A stretch of DNA of 64,000 bases from a virus. The stretch covers positions 32,001 through 96,000 of the IMG/VR virus record IMGVR_UViG_3300022555_003222; one strand, 5' to 3'. A program made the translations under genes and the position numbers. Positions 59,316-64,000 of this stretch are shown one piece after another (position 1 is the stretch's first letter; each line of letters starts with the position of its first letter). The notes below the pieces were generated by a model, which was not told the origin of the DNA, did no database searches, and saw nothing but the letters and a program-made list of their open reading frames with translations.

Positions 59316-59374
59316 CTTATACAACTGGACTTGAGAGAATAAGCGTCAGGCCGGTTCCCGGCCTGACGCAATAA

Positions 59375-59542
59375 TTATTTGTTCACCTTGCATAAGCAAG
59401 GCGGGCCTTTGTTCTTTATTTCAATAGGGCCGTTTACTTCGTTAGTGCTAGATGGGCAGTCGTCGCTGCCCTCGTTGCTGGTCTGTTGACTTGGCTCGGC
59501 CACCGTCAACATCACCAGTATCATGCCTAGTAGTCCGATCAT
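59375..59542 (-). CDS. small putative exported protein (55 aa; not in ORF track)
   Basis: MIGLLGMILVMLTVAE...; ATGA overlap with upstream stop; GAGG RBS. Confidence 0.5.
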   Translation of the reverse strand: MIGLLGMILVMLTVAEPSQQTSNEGSDDCPSSTNEVNGPIEIKNKGPPCLCKVNK

Positions 59543-59772
59543 AGTTCCTCGGGGGCCTTGGCCAGCCGCTCCTCGTATTGGTCTAGGTCGAAGGGTTGCA
59601 TAATCAGGGCAATCGCACCGCCATCACTACGTTCCAATTTGATTGCGCTGACTGTTTGATACTCGATGCCGGGGATGCACACGCACAGGACCGTTTCATC
59701 ACCCAAAGAACTGGTTGCTGCAATCTCTCGCAGTTGCTTCATGGCCTCGCTGACCGTAAGTTCGTTGCTCAT
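59539..59772 (-). CDS. array hypothetical protein
   Basis: ATGA-coupled to upstream gene. Confidence 0.6.
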   Translation of the reverse strand: MSNELTVSEAMKQLREIAATSSLGDETVLCVCIPGIEYQTVSAIKLERSDGGAIALIMQPFDLDQYEERLAKAPEEL

Positions 59773-59897
59773 TTCGTGGTTGCCTTTCGTTTGATTTTAC
59801 GGCTGAACTGCATACCACAGTGACGACATCTTAGCCACTTTAACAGGCCAAGAACGCCAAGTAACATTAGTTCGCCACCGCATAGTTTACATTGCAT
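59769..59897 (-). CDS. small zinc-finger protein (42 aa)
   Basis: MQCKLCGG...RCRHCG; 22 nt after motif 59920. Confidence 0.6.
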   Translation of the reverse strand: MQCKLCGGELMLLGVLGLLKWLRCRHCGMQFSRKIKRKATTK

Positions 59898-59937
59898 GGT
59901 TGGTTTCCTTCTGCTGTTGGTTATACAACTGGACTCA

Positions 59938-60192
59938 CTAGCCATTCCAGGCCGCAGTCTCATTCAGCACGACTGACTTGCTGTAGGGCTTGTGCCCTAT
60001 CATTCGCAAGTCGCTGCCTACGTTGCAGCCATAGTCGTATAACAGACGTTTAGCCACTTCCAAACCGCCACGGTGGGCTACACACGCACCGTTGACATAG
60101 ATAATCCAGGGCAAGACCGAATCCCAATCAGGTTGATAGGTTGCTCGACCGTTGCCACACTTGGTTCGATAGGTTTCACCGATCTGGGGCAT
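59938..60192 (-). CDS. array hypothetical protein
   Basis: 21 nt after motif 60214. Confidence 0.6.
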   Translation of the reverse strand: MPQIGETYRTKCGNGRATYQPDWDSVLPWIIYVNGACVAHRGGLEVAKRLLYDYGCNVGSDLRMIGHKPYSKSVVLNETAAWNG

Positions 60193-60272
60193 TGTGGTTT
60201 CCTTCTGCCATTGGTTATACAACCGGACTGCTGCGAATTAGCCCCACCCTGCTTCGCAGGGTGGGGCATGTA

Positions 60273-60773
60273 TCACCTTAGCCAAAGGTCGTCGGCCCAG
60301 GCATATTCTTCTGCTTCGTCGCCATCGACCACAAATGCCTTCTTCGGGGCATCGTGCCAAATGGGGTCAAACCCTTCCGGCAAGGCCGCAGCACCAACAT
60401 AAAGCATTTTCGGTGGCTCCACAAAATACTTCAACAGGGCAGGGCATAGCCAGCCAGCCATTGGCTTGTCGGCAACCATGCCGCCGTACCAGTTGCCGAT
60501 CAGCACACTATGCTCTTTGCCATCCTTGGACTTGAAGGACAGATTGCCCTCTTGTAGCCAATGCAAAGTAACATCAGCACCATCGAATGGCTCGGCCCCG
60601 AACGTCATGGTGAAGCCCTTGTCGGTATCCGGCAAGGCTTTCGTTTCGATGATCTTGTCGATCATTTCACTCATGCCACAGACGAACGCTTCGGCCTTCA
60701 ACTCGGTTGTCGGGTCGTCAAACACCCAACACTTGCTATTGGGTTCCTTGTAAGGAAATAGTTTCATATTCAT
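60273..60773 (-). CDS. array hypothetical protein (WVFDD...WLCPAL family)
   Basis: motif 60818; GAGG RBS. Confidence 0.65.
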   Translation of the reverse strand: MNMKLFPYKEPNSKCWVFDDPTTELKAEAFVCGMSEMIDKIIETKALPDTDKGFTMTFGAEPFDGADVTLHWLQEGNLSFKSKDGKEHSVLIGNWYGGMVADKPMAGWLCPALLKYFVEPPKMLYVGAAALPEGFDPIWHDAPKKAFVVDGDEAEEYAWADDLWLR

Positions 60774-60841
60774 GTTTGGTTATCCTCATGTTGATTGTCC
60801 TTTGTTGGACGTTGTTGGTTATACAACTGCACCAGATTGCT

Positions 60842-61174
60842 TTAGGTCACAATCTCATGCACCAGTACGTTGGGCATATCAAAGGTCGTCCAGCCCTTTT
60901 CTTCGACCAGCCAATCAAGAAACTGGCTGTCGCTGTCTGGATGCTCGACCGCTTCCTGCCACTCGGCCCACAATTCATCAAGGGCATCAGCAACGTGCAT
61001 CGGCTCGTTGCTGCCCTTCGTTCTCACCCCTCGGTAGGTGTCATCAGCCTGATAAACAGGGATGCCATTGACCTTCGGTGGTTCGACTGTACCAAGGGTA
61101 TAAGTCTCTTGGTCGCTGCCACTGTCTTGTCGGACATTGATCGTGACAGGACGTTGAATGTTTCGCTTACTCAT
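60842..61174 (-). CDS. array hypothetical protein
   Basis: 22 nt after motif 61197. Confidence 0.65.
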   Translation of the reverse strand: MSKRNIQRPVTINVRQDSGSDQETYTLGTVEPPKVNGIPVYQADDTYRGVRTKGSNEPMHVADALDELWAEWQEAVEHPDSDSQFLDWLVEEKGWTTFDMPNVLVHEIVT

Positions 61175-61272
61175 TTTGTGGTTCTCCATGCTTGCAGTTA
61201 TACAACTGCACTTAAAACATTTAGCGAAAAGACTGCCACGGCGAAGCCGTGGCAGTCCACCCTTCCCACAAC

Positions 61273-61929
61273 TTAGGCCGCAATCGCTTCGGCCTTTGTT
61301 TCCGCATAGGGGGCCAACTCGTTGACGATGTAGACCTCGCCACCGGCTCGGACTTCGACAACGTGATCCGTTCGGTACTCCTTGTAAAAGAAGTCCACCG
61401 GGTCGCTATCGCTAACCCGCTTCGGCTTGACCCACGGGGCAAGGTCAGTCTTGCTGACTTCGTTGCCCTGCTCGTCGAAGTAGGACGTTTCGACGATGGT
61501 TTTCGCTGGCCCTTCCTTCTGCATACGCATTTCCAGATACAGTTGCCCCTTGTGTCGGATGAGGGGGGTGTTCTGGATACGCTCGCCCCACTTACGGGGT
61601 TGCAGATCGTGCTTGATCGGCCCAGCCGTTTCCAAGGCCAGGGCAGCCGCTTCATCACCAGTGGCACGGGCCGCTTCGATGGCCGCACCCCAATGACGGG
61701 CATTTTCGTTGTCTCGGCTCCGAACGTAGCTGAAACAGGTCATGGCCCGCTTGACCAAGGCCCGCTTCTGAATGTTCTGGAACGGGCACTTGACACCGGC
61801 CTTCCGGTCGCCACCTGCATTAACGTACAGGTCGGCATCGGTCAGGGCAACGATGCCCAGGGTTTCGACCGTGGCAACCCGCAACAGGATGCCTTCAAGT
61901 TCGTTCTGGCTGACATAGTGGATGGTCAT
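61273..61929 (-). CDS. array hypothetical protein ending -IAA
   Basis: 218 aa; motif 61972. Confidence 0.7.
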   Translation of the reverse strand: MTIHYVSQNELEGILLRVATVETLGIVALTDADLYVNAGGDRKAGVKCPFQNIQKRALVKRAMTCFSYVRSRDNENARHWGAAIEAARATGDEAAALALETAGPIKHDLQPRKWGERIQNTPLIRHKGQLYLEMRMQKEGPAKTIVETSYFDEQGNEVSKTDLAPWVKPKRVSDSDPVDFFYKEYRTDHVVEVRAGGEVYIVNELAPYAETKAEAIAA

Positions 61930-61994
61930 GGTTTCGTTCCTTGTGGTTGGGTTGTTTCGTTGACGCTGCTAGTTATACACCTGGACTCGACTGC

Positions 61995-62072
61995 TTACTC
62001 GGTTGCCAACACTAGCAGACCTAACATGGTTACAATTACGGTATACAATTCGATAATGTTGACCGCTTCCAC
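61995..62072 (-). CDS. 25-aa single-helix membrane peptide (not in ORF track)
   Basis: AAGGGG-7 nt-GTG; MEAVNIIELYTVIVTMLGLLVLATE. Confidence 0.4.
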   Translation of the reverse strand: MEAVNIIELYTVIVTMLGLLVLATE

Positions 62073-62085
62073 TGATACACCCCTT

Positions 62086-62388
62086 CTAGGCCACGAATAC
62101 GTGGCCTCCAATATGGTCCCCCGAATGGGGTTGTGCTGCCTTGGCCGCTTCGATGACTTCGGTGGGTACAACTATCTCAGTTGCCCCCAGCATCGGCATC
62201 AGGTCGATGTTGCAAGCATAATTAGCTTTGTGCTTGCTAATCATGCCCTTGCCGGTCACCTTGTCGAACCGACAAATCCGATGGTCAGATTGAATCTGGA
62301 AGAATGAACCGTCGCCCATATCAGGGTATACGGTCCACTCGACCGCTGAACGCATATTGCCTAGACGAGCTACAATTGAAAATCTCAT
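62086..62388 (-). CDS. array hypothetical protein
   Basis: motif 62427. Confidence 0.65.
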   Translation of the reverse strand: MRFSIVARLGNMRSAVEWTVYPDMGDGSFFQIQSDHRICRFDKVTGKGMISKHKANYACNIDLMPMLGATEIVVPTEVIEAAKAAQPHSGDHIGGHVFVA

Positions 62389-62489
62389 GGTTTCATTCCT
62401 TGTGATTGGTTATCGTTACGCTCCTTGTTATACATCTGGACTAGAGAAGATAGCCCCACCCTGCTTCGCAGGGTGGGGCTTGTATAGAA

Positions 62490-62858
62490 CTAGGCCGGGT
62501 GTCTCCGGGCCTTGTAGTTGGCCGGTGGCTTGTACGCTTGGACGTAGACCTGGAACTGACCGGATTCGACGATGGCATAGCCATAGCCCTTGTCCAAGTC
62601 ATGGGTCAACTTCATCTTGAACCGCTGCACACTCAGGGCCGGTTCATCATCGGCTCCGAAACCGCTGGAATCGACCATGAAGGCATCGCCCACCGCCGTC
62701 CACCCTTGGGGTGCATAGTCACCCATAAAAGGCATCGGGAATGGGGGCATACGATCAATCTCGGCTTGATCGTATGGGACATAAGGGACACGCCGCTGAC
62801 CAGCAGCACGACGGGTGGCACGATCACTGGCAGACCGGATAGCTTCCAAAGACATCAT
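62490..62858 (-). CDS. array hypothetical protein
   Basis: motif 62904; VDSSGFG..DEPAL, GQFQVY motifs. Confidence 0.65.
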   Translation of the reverse strand: MMSLEAIRSASDRATRRAAGQRRVPYVPYDQAEIDRMPPFPMPFMGDYAPQGWTAVGDAFMVDSSGFGADDEPALSVQRFKMKLTHDLDKGYGYAIVESGQFQVYVQAYKPPANYKARRHPA

Positions 62859-62931
62859 AACTAGGGTTCCTTGTGGTTGGGATAGTAACTGCGAACGGAG
62901 CCAGTTATACAACTGGACTTACCCGATATAT

Positions 62932-63216
62932 TTAGGCCGCACGGGCAAGGGTAGCCACTGATCGACTAGCCTCGAACGAAATGCCGCCCATACGCCGCTG
63001 GTAAGTAGGGATATATCCCTTGACTTCCAGTTCGACCAGCATAGGTGTCAAACGATACAGATAGTCGTCGGCCTTGTCGTCGTGTTCCTTGGGCCATTCC
63101 ACTTCGGCAAGGTAACAATCGACTTTGCCATTCAGGGTAATCGTGGACGTTGCCACAACGACCGGCACACCCTGAACATCCATCACTTGCACACGCTCGG
63201 CAACATTGACTTGCAT
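62932..63216 (-). CDS. array hypothetical protein ending -RAA
   Basis: GAGG RBS before MQVNVAE. Confidence 0.6.
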   Translation of the reverse strand: MQVNVAERVQVMDVQGVPVVVATSTITLNGKVDCYLAEVEWPKEHDDKADDYLYRLTPMLVELEVKGYIPTYQRRMGGISFEASRSVATLARAA

Positions 63217-63302
63217 ATAGACCTCGTTGGTTGGAAAGTAAAAGCGTTGGCTCGCCCCGGCAGGGGTGAGCATTACACCCACCCCTGCCGGTTTGATTCG
63301 TA

Positions 63303-63656
63303 TTAGGCCGCTTTCGCAGCCTTGTATTGGGCCAGAACTTCGGCCTTACGGCTGGCCTTGTTCTTGACAGCCTCAACCGCTGCCCCATATTGGGCCAGCA
63401 CTTCCAGGTCTGTGCCCTGGTAGCCGTAGCACGACCGGCTGTTCTTCACGAACCGATTCGCTTGCACCAAAATGGTGGCATCGGCTCCTACGACGTTGAA
63501 CAAGGCACGATATGCCTTCGCCAGTTCCCGCTGGGCAACCAAGGCCGCACAACGTCGCTGATACGCTTCGACGTTGGCCTGGGCCTTGGCAATCTGTGCC
63601 GGGGTCTTGGCCTTCTTCGCCTTCTCCGACACAACCTTCACTCCACCCTTCGCCAT
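63303..63656 (-). CDS. Ala/Lys-rich basic protein ending -KAA
   Basis: motif 63696; AAGGAG RBS. Confidence 0.65.
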   Translation of the reverse strand: MAKGGVKVVSEKAKKAKTPAQIAKAQANVEAYQRRCAALVAQRELAKAYRALFNVVGADATILVQANRFVKNSRSCYGYQGTDLEVLAQYGAAVEAVKNKASRKAEVLAQYKAAKAA

Positions 63657-63709
63657 GTTCATTCTCCTTGATGATGTTGACTGTTGTTGATTGAAGTTAT
63701 ACACCTGGA

Positions 63710-63904
63710 CTAAGCTGCTTTTGCAAGGGCCAAAGCAACTTTATTGTCGAACCCGCAGGCCGTATAAAATCGGCTTCGGTCGAATCGGGGGTTGTCATAG
63801 CAAGCCACGATCATGTCGTAGCAAGCCTGGGCTTGAACACGCTGGCCGCAGTTGACCAACTCACGGATATGCCGTGCAAACTCGACAAAGTATTTCTTAC
63901 TCAT
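63710..63904 (-). CDS. array protein (NPRFD..RF..AC motif) ending -KAA
   Basis: 22 nt after motif 63927; stop overlaps motif 63696. Confidence 0.65.
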   Translation of the reverse strand: MSKKYFVEFARHIRELVNCGQRVQAQACYDMIVACYDNPRFDRSRFYTACGFDNKVALALAKAA

Positions 63905-63940
63905 GGTTGATTTCCTTTCACTTGCAGTTATACACCGGCA

Positions 63941-64000
63941 CTATGCCGCTTTAACTGCCGATGGTTGCCCGTATCGCAGCCAGTTGGCCGCTTCGTCACG
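63941..64000 (-). CDS. 3' end of an array gene (truncated by the window) ending -KAA
   Basis: ...RDEAANWLRYGQPSAVKAA-TAG, stop overlapping motif 63927. Confidence 0.5.
   Translation of the reverse strand, partial: RDEAANWLRYGQPSAVKAA

Larger units (their letters stand above)
54880..63942 (-). promoter_or_regulatory. 24 copies of a 16-bp motif AGT(G/C)CAGNTGTATAAC, putative phage early promoter
   Basis: plus-strand gttataca.c.g.act near 54880, 55313, 55687, 56055, 56283, 56358, 56432, 56893, 57112, 57543, 57906, 58358, 58640, 59041 (degenerate), 59316, 59920, 60214, 60818, 61197, 61972, 62427, 62904, 63696, 63927; nearly all lie just upstream of an RBS and ATG. Confidence 0.85.

Noticed and set aside
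61249-62307. 352-aa plus-strand ORF and other plus-strand ORFs in the GC-rich block
   Set aside because: Antisense to motif- and RBS-supported minus-strand genes and crosses promoter motifs; expected in GC-rich DNA.
54880-64000. Classical integron with attC sites
   Set aside because: No integrase is in the window. The motif is not a RYYYAAC...GTTRRRY imperfect palindrome, and its fixed spacing to RBS and ATG fits a promoter better. Cassette-like behaviour is kept only as a hypothesis.
1-64000. tRNA genes or stop-codon reassignment
   Set aside because: No cloverleaf with a T-loop consensus was recognised by eye in intergenic gaps. Long genes are intact in the standard code and all three stop codons terminate genes.

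Overview
This window is part of a large (jumbo-type) myovirus genome. A planctomycete-like protein motif hints at a Planctomycetota host. It has three blocks. (1) 0-31.8 kb, mostly minus strand and AT-rich: a late structural module with PKD/repeat virion proteins, glycosyltransferase-like genes, baseplate wedge/hub/spike, tube initiator, a 2354-aa tape measure protein and one free-standing LAGLIDADG homing endonuclease. (2) 31.8-54.5 kb, mixed orientation: accessory genes (CCA-adding enzyme, HAD RNA-repair-like phosphatase, Hsp20, His- and Cys-phosphatases, ClpP, UvrD-like helicase, ribosome recycling factor, HEXXH and SWIM proteins). About 13 proteins between 29.5 and 53.4 kb share an N-terminal M-x-F-x-E/Q-W-L..E motif resembling the T4 capsid-targeting sequence. 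(3) From about 54.8 kb, an abruptly more GC-rich array of about 28 small minus-strand genes organised as modules by 24 copies of a 16-bp motif AGT(G/C)CAGNTGTATAAC, often paired with tri-loop hairpins. This array contains tripeptide minigenes, 7 proteins ending in an ssrA-like Ala-Ala, an SSB-tail mimic, and an inverted motif pair at its left boundary. All assignments come from reading motifs by eye; no searches were run.
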